A stretch of DNA of 64,000 bases from an uncultured Arthrobacter sp. Its GTDB lineage: Bacteria > Actinomycetota > Actinomycetes > Actinomycetales > Micrococcaceae. Every line of letters begins with the position of its first letter. Positions within the stretch are counted from its first letter, which is position 1. Both the position numbers and the translations under genes were made by a program. Positions 28,539 to 39,446 of the stretch are shown piece by piece. The notes beneath the pieces were generated by a model that saw nothing but the letters and a program-made list of their open reading frames with translations, made no database searches and was not told the origin of the DNA. The stretch spans positions 176,461-240,460 of the forward strand of contig NZ_CANLSZ010000004.1 in assembly GCF_947493765.1 (NCBI RefSeq), given 5' to 3'.

Positions 28539-30210
28539 CGCGTTCTCCGAGGCCCGGGCCGAACGGCAGATCGCCGCGGAATCGGCCCTCGCCGATCCGT
28601 CCGGTCCGGCCCGCCGACGGTCGATCGTCCTGAGCCAGGTGGGGCTCACCGTGATCGTGACGCTGGCCGTGGTGCTCGGCCTGCTGATCCGGGACGCCAC
28701 GGGTTCGCCCGGCGTCCTCCTGGCCGGCTGGATCCTGGGTCTCGTGGTGACGGTCGTCGCCCTGGTGACGCCCTGGTCGACGCTGCCTTCGTGGTCGCCG
28801 CTGGCCCTGCCGCTGCTGAATCTGCTGGTGATCGGTCTGGTGCGTTTCGGTGCGGGCGAGACCCTCTCGGGCACGGGCCTGCTGGCTGCACTCCCGGCGG
28901 TGTGGATCGCCGCGTCCAAGGTGCGGACGGCGGCGGCGGTCGCCCTGACCTTCGGTGCCACGACCCTCCTCGTCTCGTTGCCGCCGATCCTCGGGGGCGC
29001 TCCGCTGGTGCTGGGAGGTCTTCCCGGCCTGATCCTGCTGCCGGTGGTCCTCGCCGGCCTCACCTGGTTCGTCTCGAGCCTCATGAAGGACAACCGGCGG
29101 CGGCAGGCGGCACTCCTGGCCTCGGAGCGTGCCCTGCGGCAGAGTGCGAAGGAGGCCCGGGCACGCGAGCGACTGCTGGACACCGTGCTCGAGACCGTCC
29201 GCGTGGGGCTCCTGGCCGTCGATGCCGATGGCCACGACATCCTGATGAACGCCCGCCAGCGGGAGTCCCACCTCGCGGCAGCGCCGGAGGGCAACACCGA
29301 CCCGAGCGAGAGCGACCTGCTGATCTTCGGGCCGGACGGCCGAACCCCGCTCCCGCCCGCGGAGCGCCCGGTCCGGCGGGCCATCGACGGTGAGGACCTC
29401 GAGTCCCTCCAGATCTGGGCCGGCACCCCGCCGATGCAGCGTGCCATCAGCGTCTCCTCGACCAGCCTGCGCGACGACGACGGGGCCTTCGCCGGGACCG
29501 TGGTGTCCTTCAGCGACATCACGGAGCTCATGCTCGCGCTGCAGGCCAAGGACCGTTTCCTCGCGAGTGTCTCGCACGAGTTCAGGACGCCGCTGACCTC
29601 CATCCTCGGCTATCTCGACGTCGCCCTCGAACTCGAGGCGGACCTGCCCGACCAGGCCCGGCACTATCTCCGGGTGGCACGGCGGAACGCGCTGCGGCTG
29701 GAACGGCTGGTGGAGGACTTCCTGGCCATCAACGCCGGGACCTTCGAGGTGAGCCCCGTCCGGACGGATGTCGGCGTGATCCTGGCGGAGGCGGCCGAAT
29801 CGGCGCTCGTCCGCGCGACGCGTGCGGGGCTGCACCTCGTCAACCGGGCGCCGGCCTCCCTGCCCGCCGTCGTCGACCCCGACCGGCTCGGACAGGTCGT
29901 CGACAATCTGCTGAGCAACGCCGTGAAGTACAACCGTCCCGGCGGCAGGATCACCCTCGACGCCGCACTGGACGGCACCACCCTGCGGATCGAGGTGGAG
30001 GACACGGGCATCGGTATCGCGCCCGAGGAGGTGCAGCACGTGTTCGACCGCTTCTTCCGCTCGGCCTCCGTACGCTCCACCGGCGTGACCGGTGTCGGTC
30101 TGGGGCTGCTGATCACCCGGAGCATCGTCGGCGAGCACAACGGAGCCATCTCGGTGAGGAGCGATCTGGGTAAGGGGACCTGCTTCACCGTCCTGCTCCC
30201 CCAGGACTGA
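28516..30210 (+). CDS. Membrane sensor histidine kinase (no cognate response regulator nearby)
   Basis: 564 aa. About six N-terminal TM helices, a PAS-like region, H-box [15 protein letters not shown]-box [10 protein letters not shown]-boxes DTGIGI and [13 protein letters not shown]. The start overlaps the nhaA end by 23 nt. Confidence 0.88.
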   Translation: MSSRTAISAFSEARAERQIAAESALADPSGPARRRSIVLSQVGLTVIVTLAVVLGLLIRDATGSPGVLLAGWILGLVVTVVALVTPWSTLPSWSPLALPLLNLLVIGLVRFGAGETLSGTGLLAALPAVWIAASKVRTAAAVALTFGATTLLVSLPPILGGAPLVLGGLPGLILLPVVLAGLTWFVSSLMKDNRRRQAALLASERALRQSAKEARARERLLDTVLETVRVGLLAVDADGHDILMNARQRESHLAAAPEGNTDPSESDLLIFGPDGRTPLPPAERPVRRAIDGEDLESLQIWAGTPPMQRAISVSSTSLRDDDGAFAGTVVSFSDITELMLALQAKDRFLASVSHEFRTPLTSILGYLDVALELEADLPDQARHYLRVARRNALRLERLVEDFLAINAGTFEVSPVRTDVGVILAEAAESALVRATRAGLHLVNRAPASLPAVVDPDRLGQVVDNLLSNAVKYNRPGGRITLDAALDGTTLRIEVEDTGIGIAPEEVQHVFDRFFRSASVRSTGVTGVGLGLLITRSIVGEHNGAISVRSDLGKGTCFTVLLPQD

Positions 30211-30265
30211 GGCGGGACGGGGTCCGACACGGCACGCTCTCTCCCGCCGGACCCGCCCGCCGTGC

Positions 30266-30718
30266 CTAGCTGTTGGCCGCGAGCAGCGACTCCTCGAGCG
30301 CGACCCAGCCGAGCATGGCGCACTTGACCCGCGCCGGATAGCGCGAGACACCGGCGAAGGCCGCGGCATCGCCGAGCACCTCCTCGTCGGCCTCGATCCT
30401 GCCGCGGGAGCGCAGCACCTCGCGGAACGAGTCGACCAGCGAGATCACCTCGTCCCGCGGCAGTCCCTGCACCAGCTCCGTCAGCACCGAGGCCGACGCC
30501 ATGGAGATGGCGCAGCCGGCTCCGTCCCAGCTCAACGCCGTCACCACACCGTCCCTCACCCCGACCCGCAGGGTGATCTCGTCACCGCAGACCGGATTGA
30601 GCTGGTGCGACTCCCCCGTCGTGCCCTCGCCGGTGTGGTCCTGCAGGGGCGAACCGTACCGGGCCCTCGCGTGGTCGAGGATCACCTGCTGGTACAGCTG
30701 CTCGAGACCCGACCCCAT
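30266..30718 (-). CDS. sufU: SUF-type Fe-S cluster scaffold/sulfur acceptor (SufU/NifU-like)
   Basis: 150 aa. NPVCGDEITLRV, GAGCAISMASAS, RVKCAMLGW (three Cys ligands). Confidence 0.9.
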   Translation of the reverse strand: MGSGLEQLYQQVILDHARARYGSPLQDHTGEGTTGESHQLNPVCGDEITLRVGVRDGVVTALSWDGAGCAISMASASVLTELVQGLPRDEVISLVDSFREVLRSRGRIEADEEVLGDAAAFAGVSRYPARVKCAMLGWVALEESLLAANS

Positions 30719-32164
<1,446 letters not shown>

Positions 32165-32327
32165 CTAACGAGGACCGGAGGAGCGTTCAGCATACGACGG
32201 GTTCCAGGGGCAGATCTTGACCCGGTTGTCCGGCACAGGCCAGGTCGGGCCCAAGCAGCCGAGTGGTACTGCTGCAAGGCACCTTTGAGCTGCAGATCCG
32301 TTGCAAACCGTAATTGCCCGGCACTGA

Positions 32328-35009
32328 TCAGGGTTCGCGCAGATCTGTCCGGCGGTTGACGCCGAGCTTCGCGAAGATCCTGTAGAGATGACCTTCGACC
32401 GTTCGGACGGATACACCTCTGTCCTCGGCGATCTCCCGATTCGAGCGGCCTTCCCCGACCAGGGCGACGATCTTGCGTTCGGTGGGCGTCAACTGGGAAC
32501 TGGTCATCAATGACAGCGCCGGGCCCGGCGAAGCAGAAGAGATTCCCGCGCTCCTTTCCCTGAGTTTGACGAGCCGCCGCTGAATCGCGCGAGTTTGCCG
32601 CGTGGAGCTTCGACCCTCCATCAGGTGCAGTGCCAGCCTCAACCCGGCATACTCCAACGAGACATCCCCGTCATGCCCCGCCGACGTTGCGGCGGTCACC
32701 ACGGTGTCCGGGTCCTTCTCACGGACGGCGACGGCGAGATCGAGCAGACCCCGGGCGTCCCTACCCTGATAGCCGTCGAGGACGACGACGAGCGGATCGA
32801 TGGCGTTGATGTCACCGAGCAGCAATGCCAAGCGCAGGGCGGTCACCGCCAGCTCCTTCAGGTGGACCTTCTGTACCCTCGCTGCGAGCCCGATGAGCTC
32901 CGCACGCGCCGGAGGTGCATCGTCCAGTCGCGCTGCTGCTGCCGTCACAAAGATCCTGCCGCACAGATGCATCGACCTCGATCCAGGCGTGGGGAGCCCT
33001 TCGAACTCGTCCATGAAAGCGGCCGCGCGCTCCGTCTCGCCCGCCAGGGCGCACGCATACGCGGCCATGCCGATCAGGACACTGCTCATATCGCCGTCGC
33101 CCGATGTCCTCAACCCTTCGGCGGCGAGGAGGAAGCGGTCACTCGCCTCCTGATGCCGTGCTGCTCGCAGGGCGGTCGTGCCGTCGACGAAGTCCTCCCA
33201 CGCGGCGAGGAACACGACGCTGCGAGCAGCGGCACGGATATGAGTCCGGATCAGGGTCTTTGCCTCCTGCTCACGCCCACAGATCGTCAGCAGGACCACG
33301 TGTCGGCCGACGGCGCGTTCGCGGTCGGCCAGCAGGCGGGCGCCCTCGGCTTCGATGATACCCAGTGCTTCACCTGAGTGGGCGAGACCATCGACGGGTC
33401 GACCGAGCATACCGAGCAGTTCAGCCAGCAGGAGCAAGCATTGCACACGGTGTTCGGCCGTCGCGAAGGGATCGAGGAGGACATGTCGCAACTCCTCCTC
33501 AAGGCCCTCGAGTCGACCCTCGAGAAGGCGCACACGATATTCGAGGAGGGCACACGCGAGTCTGGCCCGTGCAAGATCCTCCGTCGCTGCAGCTGCGGTC
33601 GACAGCCTCTCGATCTCGGCGATGAGCGACTCCCAGCGCTCGACGATCCTGCGCAGGTCGTCGGACGAGGCTCCGGACTCGAGCCCGAGTTCGAAGGACA
33701 GCAGAGAACCGTCCTTGGCAACCTGCAGATCTTGACCGAGACCCAATGCCTCGTCGACGAGGCTCCGCACGCAGCAGTGGTGCGAGCAGCCGCGCCGGGC
33801 GCGGGCGATCTCGATGAGTGCCTGCCCACGAAGCTCGGGCGCCGATACCGCCCGTGCGGCACGCAGGGCGAGGGTGTGATCGCGCAGATCGTTTGCCAGG
33901 GATGCGGCGCTCAGAAGCGTCGGGTCGGCTGCGGGGGTACCACAGTCGAGTCCCCAGGCAACAGTACGAAGGAAGCCCTCCGGTGACGGCGGTATGGGAG
34001 GCTGCAGGCCGAGGATCGTGCGTCGCGTGAGCAGGCTCCGCGCTATGGGTATACGGCTGCGCAGCACCTCGCCGTACAGGGGGGGATCGAGGGAAACGAC
34101 ATGCTCCGGTCCCTGGCCGACAACGACCAGACGGTCGCCGCGTACCCGCTCGAACACGTCCTCGTCCACGCAACGCGACAGTGCTTCGAGGGAGACGGGT
34201 TCGACGAGGGCGATGAGTTCCAGCACGGCCATCTCGGCCTCGTCCCGCGAACCAAGCTGCGCACGCACGCGGTCATGGAGCCGTCGATTGACCATCGGCT
34301 TGTCGGGGACCATGCGCCACATCCGGTTGTGCTGCTCCACTCGGCCCTCCTCCTCCGCGTGGTCGAGGAGCGCCCGGAGCAACCTCGGATTTCCTCCGGT
34401 CGCCGAGGCCAAGGCATGCGCTGTACCGGACAGTACCGGCCCACCGAGTCGCTGCCTGCACAGGGCGGTCACCGCTTCGAGGTCGAGTGGCGCGAGGTCG
34501 ATGCGCATCAGCAGGTCATCGGTGCTGAGGTCCTGGAACTCTGCCGACAAAGTCGGTGGACCCTGCATCGTCATGAACACTTTGGCCCGGCGAGCACTGA
34601 CGAGTTGCGTGAGGAGGAGAGTCGAATCGTCGTCAAGCTCGTGAGCGTCGTCGACGACGATCAACGGCGGGTGCTGCTGCGCCCGATCCTTTCGTTCTCC
34701 TGCAAGGTGTGCCATGACGGCGCGGAGGACGGCAATGGGCGAGTCGGCGTCGACGACCGCGAGTGTGTGCAAGTAGGGCGCGAACGCGCCGAACGGTATT
34801 CCGCGAAGGGATGCGCTGCCGGTAACTGGAAGCACGGGGGCTGTCCAGTCGATCTCCTCCAGCACTGCCCGAGCAACAGCCGTCTTGCCCGTCCCGGCGT
34901 CGCCGACGAGCAGTGCACCGAAGCTGCCGGTGTCCTCGAGCGCGGCAATAATCTCCCTGATCACGCGGGAAGCACCGACCAAAGGCGGGGTGGATCGCGT
35001 ACCACTCAC
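32328..35009 (-). CDS. Large ATP-binding LuxR-family regulator (LAL/STAND type), pair 1 downstream member (B1)
   Basis: 893 aa. Walker A GDAGTGKT, Walker B LIVVDDAHELD, a long helical middle region, and a C-terminal LuxR HTH LTPTERKIVALVGEGRSNREIAEDRGVSVRTVEGHLYRIFAKLGV. The GTG start overlaps the upstream stop (GTGA). Confidence 0.88.
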   Translation of the reverse strand: MSGTRSTPPLVGASRVIREIIAALEDTGSFGALLVGDAGTGKTAVARAVLEEIDWTAPVLPVTGSASLRGIPFGAFAPYLHTLAVVDADSPIAVLRAVMAHLAGERKDRAQQHPPLIVVDDAHELDDDSTLLLTQLVSARRAKVFMTMQGPPTLSAEFQDLSTDDLLMRIDLAPLDLEAVTALCRQRLGGPVLSGTAHALASATGGNPRLLRALLDHAEEEGRVEQHNRMWRMVPDKPMVNRRLHDRVRAQLGSRDEAEMAVLELIALVEPVSLEALSRCVDEDVFERVRGDRLVVVGQGPEHVVSLDPPLYGEVLRSRIPIARSLLTRRTILGLQPPIPPSPEGFLRTVAWGLDCGTPAADPTLLSAASLANDLRDHTLALRAARAVSAPELRGQALIEIARARRGCSHHCCVRSLVDEALGLGQDLQVAKDGSLLSFELGLESGASSDDLRRIVERWESLIAEIERLSTAAAATEDLARARLACALLEYRVRLLEGRLEGLEEELRHVLLDPFATAEHRVQCLLLLAELLGMLGRPVDGLAHSGEALGIIEAEGARLLADRERAVGRHVVLLTICGREQEAKTLIRTHIRAAARSVVFLAAWEDFVDGTTALRAARHQEASDRFLLAAEGLRTSGDGDMSSVLIGMAAYACALAGETERAAAFMDEFEGLPTPGSRSMHLCGRIFVTAAAARLDDAPPARAELIGLAARVQKVHLKELAVTALRLALLLGDINAIDPLVVVLDGYQGRDARGLLDLAVAVREKDPDTVVTAATSAGHDGDVSLEYAGLRLALHLMEGRSSTRQTRAIQRRLVKLRERSAGISSASPGPALSLMTSSQLTPTERKIVALVGEGRSNREIAEDRGVSVRTVEGHLYRIFAKLGVNRRTDLREP

Positions 35010-37636
35010 CGTTGCCGCCCGAAGATGAGGGCGAGCTGCTTACGGCTGGACAGACCGAGCTTCGACATGATCCGGTGCACGTGGCCCTCCACGGTCCGCG
35101 TGGAAAGGTGTTCCTGGTCCGCTATCTGCCGGTTCGCCACACCGAGGGCCACCTGGCGAGCAATGGCGCGTTCCCGCTGGCTGAGGAGCTTCCGCCGCAC
35201 ATGGCGGCGCGCCGGTGTGGAGGTTTTCCGCAGGATCTGTTCGGCTTGCACGCCGATCATCGGGTCGTCGGTCTCTGCGAGGTGGTCGATGCTCAGGCTG
35301 GCGAGATCACCGGCGAGATTGTGGTTCCCGAGCTCGAGCGCCTCGAGCGCCACCTGTCGGAGAGCGCCGGGGTCGCGTGACGACAGCCCCTTTGCCACCT
35401 TCTCGGCCAGACGAGAGAATCGTCCCTCGGAGGCGAGGGCAGTAGCGGCAAGAGAATCCGCAGCCTCGTGACGCCCGAGCTGCACGGCCTGGCAGAGGAA
35501 GAAGAGTTCGGCGCCCCGGTTGCCGAGGTCACCGAGATGACGAGCATGCTCGAGGAACTCGGTGGAGACGACGTCGGTCGACTCCAGCCAGGCTTGGGTC
35601 AGGAGCCTGAAGTACAGCACTGCCTCTCTGAGGGACCAGGAGTACCGCCGAGCGGTGAGGTCGATCGCGCGCAGGTGATCCCGCGCACCGTCGGGGGTAC
35701 CGTCGAGAACGCACGAATATGCTGCCGCCGCTTCCGCGAGCGGTAGGAGCCCCTGTCGATCGCGCACCCGGAGCTGACTGATCGCCGGGACAAGCCTGAC
35801 CCTCGCCTCGCTGCTCCGCCCGAGAAAGGCGAGCAGGACGCCCTCGGCGACGTCGAGGAGCGATCCGCCGCAGTACGGTGTGGTCGGCTGGTCGCTCCAC
35901 TCCCCGAGCAAGTGGAGGCATTCTTCCCAGGAACCGGCGAGGAACAGACCAGACAGCAGACACAAGGAGGCGGTCTCGTGCTCGAGCGGGTCCGACGGCG
36001 CGTCGGCCAAACGCGCGACGACGCTCTCCATTGTCCTGACGGCCTGGTTCTGTGCCCCCCGGCTCGCTTCGGCCATGCCGTGGACGCTCCTGATCCTGAC
36101 GTTCCATCGGGTGCTGGCTCCCCGGCTACCGAGAAGCTCCTCCGCCTGCTCGTCGACGCGAGCGAACTCGCCCTCGAACATATGCGCCTGGGACCTGGCG
36201 AGAGCGAGTTTCCGTCGCAGGTCCTCATGCGCGCCCGTTCCATGCCGGAGGTGCGCGCTGACGTCGTCCAGCAAGGATTCCGCCTCCCCCTCCCGCCCAT
36301 GTGTTCTCGCCAGGAGGCGAGAGGCGAGAACCCGCGCGTCGACCCACTCGCACAACCCGATGTCGTCGGCGGGACCGGGCACCATCAGTGGCTCGACAGC
36401 GGCGAGAGCGTCGGCCACGCTGCCGTCGATCCACGACCGGCGTGCGCGTTCGATCACCGCTCCAGGGGTGGTCCGCCTTGCCGGCAGCGCGTCCAGGAAC
36501 CGGGATGCCATGTCGTCGAGCCCGTGGTCGTTGGCTTGACGAGCGAGGTCCACCAGCTCCGCGTCCGTGGGCCGCATCCCGTGGGTGAGGGCCCAGGCCG
36601 CGAGCGCCGTCCTCGCCCGCACGGGGATCTCCGGCTTGTCCCGGAGCCGATTCACCCGCTCCAGCGCCTGTCGGCCGGCAGCGGAGACGGATTGGTTATG
36701 GACGACGTCCGCGAGCACGTCGTAGCAAAGACCGATCAGGGGTACGTCGCCTCCGTGGAGCCGCAGCATGCCACTGGTCTGCAGCGCGTCGAGTGATGCT
36801 GCCCGAACTGCCTGCAGCAGGATGGTCGCCGGCAGGTGACCGGCGACGGCGAGGACCTCGATCACGGCACGGTCCCCGGGTGACAGCGCGGCGAGCTCGA
36901 GGAGCGAGAAGTCGTCCACCGTCGGTGCCGCTCGACGCGGGACATGCCGCACCACCCATACGCCGTCACGGACGAAGAGCTGGCCGGATGCCACGTCTGC
37001 CCTCGTCACCTGCTGGAGGTACCGCAGATTCCCGCCGCTCGCGGCCCATAGTTCCCGGACTGCGGACCGAGAGACGGGCGCTTCGAGCGCGTTGCAGAGC
37101 AGCTCGGTCGTGGCGTCCAGGCCGAGGGGCTGAACATCAAACCGGTCCAGCAGACCGTCCTGCCACAGTTCGACAAACGCGCCGGGCGCCCTCATCACGT
37201 CCTTGCACGTGATGAGGAGGCGAACTGCTCCCAAACGTGCCAGATGACTTATGACTGCCGCGGAGAGGTTGTCGAACTCCTCGACGCCATCGACGTGCAT
37301 GAGGGTCCGCCGCCCTGAGTCGCTGCCGTCGAACCTTCGCTGCAGTGCACCGAGGACGAGCAGCGGACTCCTGGCTGTCTCCTCGTCGAGTTCGGCCAGG
37401 AGTATATTGAGTGCGGCGTAGGGAACGGTGGAATAAGCTGCTGCTCCCCGAAGATGGATATGATCGAAGTGATCGGGCAGGCCGTCGACAGTCTGCTGCG
37501 CCATTCTCGTCTTCCCCACTCCGGCACGGCCGACGAGGACGATTCCGCATCCGTCGTCTGCGACGAGCGAGGCTCTCACCGCTACCAGGTCGGCCCGGCG
37601 TCCCGAGAAGGGCCAGCGACTGCCCACTTCCCTCAT
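35006..37636 (-). CDS. Large ATP-binding LuxR-family regulator (LAL/STAND type), pair 1 upstream member (A1)
   Basis: 876 aa. Walker A GRAGVGKT and C-terminal HTH LSQRERAIARQVALGVANRQIADQEHLSTRTVEGHVHRIMSKLGL. Confidence 0.88.
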   Translation of the reverse strand: MREVGSRWPFSGRRADLVAVRASLVADDGCGIVLVGRAGVGKTRMAQQTVDGLPDHFDHIHLRGAAAYSTVPYAALNILLAELDEETARSPLLVLGALQRRFDGSDSGRRTLMHVDGVEEFDNLSAAVISHLARLGAVRLLITCKDVMRAPGAFVELWQDGLLDRFDVQPLGLDATTELLCNALEAPVSRSAVRELWAASGGNLRYLQQVTRADVASGQLFVRDGVWVVRHVPRRAAPTVDDFSLLELAALSPGDRAVIEVLAVAGHLPATILLQAVRAASLDALQTSGMLRLHGGDVPLIGLCYDVLADVVHNQSVSAAGRQALERVNRLRDKPEIPVRARTALAAWALTHGMRPTDAELVDLARQANDHGLDDMASRFLDALPARRTTPGAVIERARRSWIDGSVADALAAVEPLMVPGPADDIGLCEWVDARVLASRLLARTHGREGEAESLLDDVSAHLRHGTGAHEDLRRKLALARSQAHMFEGEFARVDEQAEELLGSRGASTRWNVRIRSVHGMAEASRGAQNQAVRTMESVVARLADAPSDPLEHETASLCLLSGLFLAGSWEECLHLLGEWSDQPTTPYCGGSLLDVAEGVLLAFLGRSSEARVRLVPAISQLRVRDRQGLLPLAEAAAAYSCVLDGTPDGARDHLRAIDLTARRYSWSLREAVLYFRLLTQAWLESTDVVSTEFLEHARHLGDLGNRGAELFFLCQAVQLGRHEAADSLAATALASEGRFSRLAEKVAKGLSSRDPGALRQVALEALELGNHNLAGDLASLSIDHLAETDDPMIGVQAEQILRKTSTPARRHVRRKLLSQRERAIARQVALGVANRQIADQEHLSTRTVEGHVHRIMSKLGLSSRKQLALIFGRQR

Positions 37637-37813
37637 CGGTCACGGCCAAGGGACGCTCCAGGTGGGCGAGACGCACACGGATGCAGCATCATCTCGCCAG
37701 CATGATTGTTCCTCATCTGCAATACCGCCCCCCGCAACGCCTGCATAATGGCCCTACTGTACCGCTCGTGTGCGCGGACCCATGGCCGACTTGCCGCCGG
37801 CACAACGGATCGT

Positions 37814-38395
37814 TTACCTGGCCGGGTGAAATCGCTGCTGCGCGGTGGGAAGGCCCTCGGTGATGAGGAGTTCCACGGCGTCTGCCGCATCGTTGAGCAA
37901 AAGGGGTAGATCCTTCTTCTCCGCAGCGCCGAAATCCTTGAGTACGAACTCCGCGGGATCCTGACGGCCCGGTGGACGTCCCACTCCCACGCGCACGCGG
38001 TAGTAGTCCTTCGTGCCGAGCGCCCTGCTGATGTCGCGCAGGCCATTGTGGCCCCCTTCACCCCCGCCCATTTTAAGTTTCAGGGTGTTGGCCACGATAT
38101 CGATCTCGTCGTGGACCGCGACCACGTGGTCCGGGGCGATGCCGTAGAAGCGCGCCAGGGCGGCGACCGGGCCGCCGGTGAGATTCATGTAGGTCAACGG
38201 CTTGGCGAGCACCACTCGCGGCCCGTCGATGCTGAGACGGCCCTCCAGCGTGACGGCTCTCGCCTTCGAGGAAGAGAACCGCCCCTGCAGGCGTCCCGCC
38301 AGCACGTCGAGGACCAGCTGGCCGACATTGTGGCGATTACCCGCGTAGCCGGGCCCGGGATTCCCGAGCCCGGCGATGAGCCAGGTGTCCGACAC
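37814..38395 (-). CDS. pth: Peptidyl-tRNA hydrolase
   Basis: 193 aa. GLGNPGPGYAGNRHNVG, GGHNGLRD. Confidence 0.95.
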   Translation of the reverse strand: MSDTWLIAGLGNPGPGYAGNRHNVGQLVLDVLAGRLQGRFSSSKARAVTLEGRLSIDGPRVVLAKPLTYMNLTGGPVAALARFYGIAPDHVVAVHDEIDIVANTLKLKMGGGEGGHNGLRDISRALGTKDYYRVRVGVGRPPGRQDPAEFVLKDFGAAEKKDLPLLLNDAADAVELLITEGLPTAQQRFHPAR

Positions 38396-38409
38396 CGTGG
38401 TGGTCCTGC

Positions 38410-39060
38410 TTACTGCTCGTCGGCGTCGGGGACCACGGCGTCTTGGTCGGCATCAGCGGCTGTCGCGCCTTCGGCGAGCGCCTCGGGGTCGACGTCAGTC
38501 TCCTCGGGCTCCCCGAGATCCTGGACCACGGGCGCCATGAGGTTCACGACGAGTGTTTCCGGATCAGTCAAGAGCGTGACCCCGTCGGGCAGCACGATGT
38601 GGGACGCGAGGACGTGCTCGCCGATCTGGCGCCCCTCGATGCTGACCGTGAGGGTCTCGGGAAGACGGGTCGCGTCGGCCTCGACCAGGACCGTGCTGGC
38701 CTCAAGATTGGAGACGACATCGGGAGCGGGCTCGCCCTCGACGTGGATGGCGACGTCCACCTCGACCTTCTCGCCGCGGCGAACCGTCAGGAGATCGAGA
38801 TGCTCCACGATCTGCTTGATCGGATTGCGCTGGATGTCCTTGACCAATGCCAGGTGGTCCTCACCCTCGATGTCGAGGGTCAGCAGTGCGTTGGCCGTAC
38901 GGACTGCCAGCGTGGTCGCCTTCGACGGGAGCAGGACATGGATGGGATCCGCGCCATGGCCGTAGACCACACCGGGAATCATCTGCGCCTGGCGGGCGCG
39001 GCGGGCGGCCCCTTTACCGAATTCGGTGCGGACGTGTGCTGCGAGCTTCTGCTCGGACAT
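38410..39060 (-). CDS. rplY: 50S ribosomal protein L25 / general stress protein Ctc
   Basis: ORF 38410..39234(-), start set to ATG 39060 (MSEQKLAAHVRTEFGKGAARRARQAQMIPGVVYGHG). Acidic C-terminal tail. Confidence 0.92.
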   Translation of the reverse strand: MSEQKLAAHVRTEFGKGAARRARQAQMIPGVVYGHGADPIHVLLPSKATTLAVRTANALLTLDIEGEDHLALVKDIQRNPIKQIVEHLDLLTVRRGEKVEVDVAIHVEGEPAPDVVSNLEASTVLVEADATRLPETLTVSIEGRQIGEHVLASHIVLPDGVTLLTDPETLVVNLMAPVVQDLGEPEETDVDPEALAEGATAADADQDAVVPDADEQ

Positions 39061-39446
39061 GGTTACTCCTTGGAACATTGCGGCTCGGCGCTCACGGCGC
39101 AAGCACTGGGACGGTGCTGGGCAAAAGAGTGTCCGCGTGGGTAGGCCGTCGTGAGTCAATCGAGACGCCAGCCACTGTCGATCACGGAGTCCGGCCAGGA
39201 CGAGTGCTCCCGGCCCGCTCCCTCGCCTAGGCATGTGAACCTAACTGTACCGCAGAGCATCCGGCACCGCTCCACACCGTACGTACCGGACACCTCGGGA
39301 GCAGGAGGACCGAAGAATCAGCTGTCCGGCGAAGCCGGCGGATCTGATGACTTGCCCAATGAAATGAACGCCGGTTTACGCGTCATGGTGAAGCCATTTC
39401 AGCAGGCTAAAGGCCTATCGGCACACGCACCTACCAAGCACCGCTA

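Noticed and set aside
39295-39340. Weak resemblance (ggaggaccgaagaatcagc...gccggcgg) to repeat R upstream of the intact ctc gene
   Set aside because: Only scattered matches, and neither R stem can be formed. This is not distinguishable from chance by eye.
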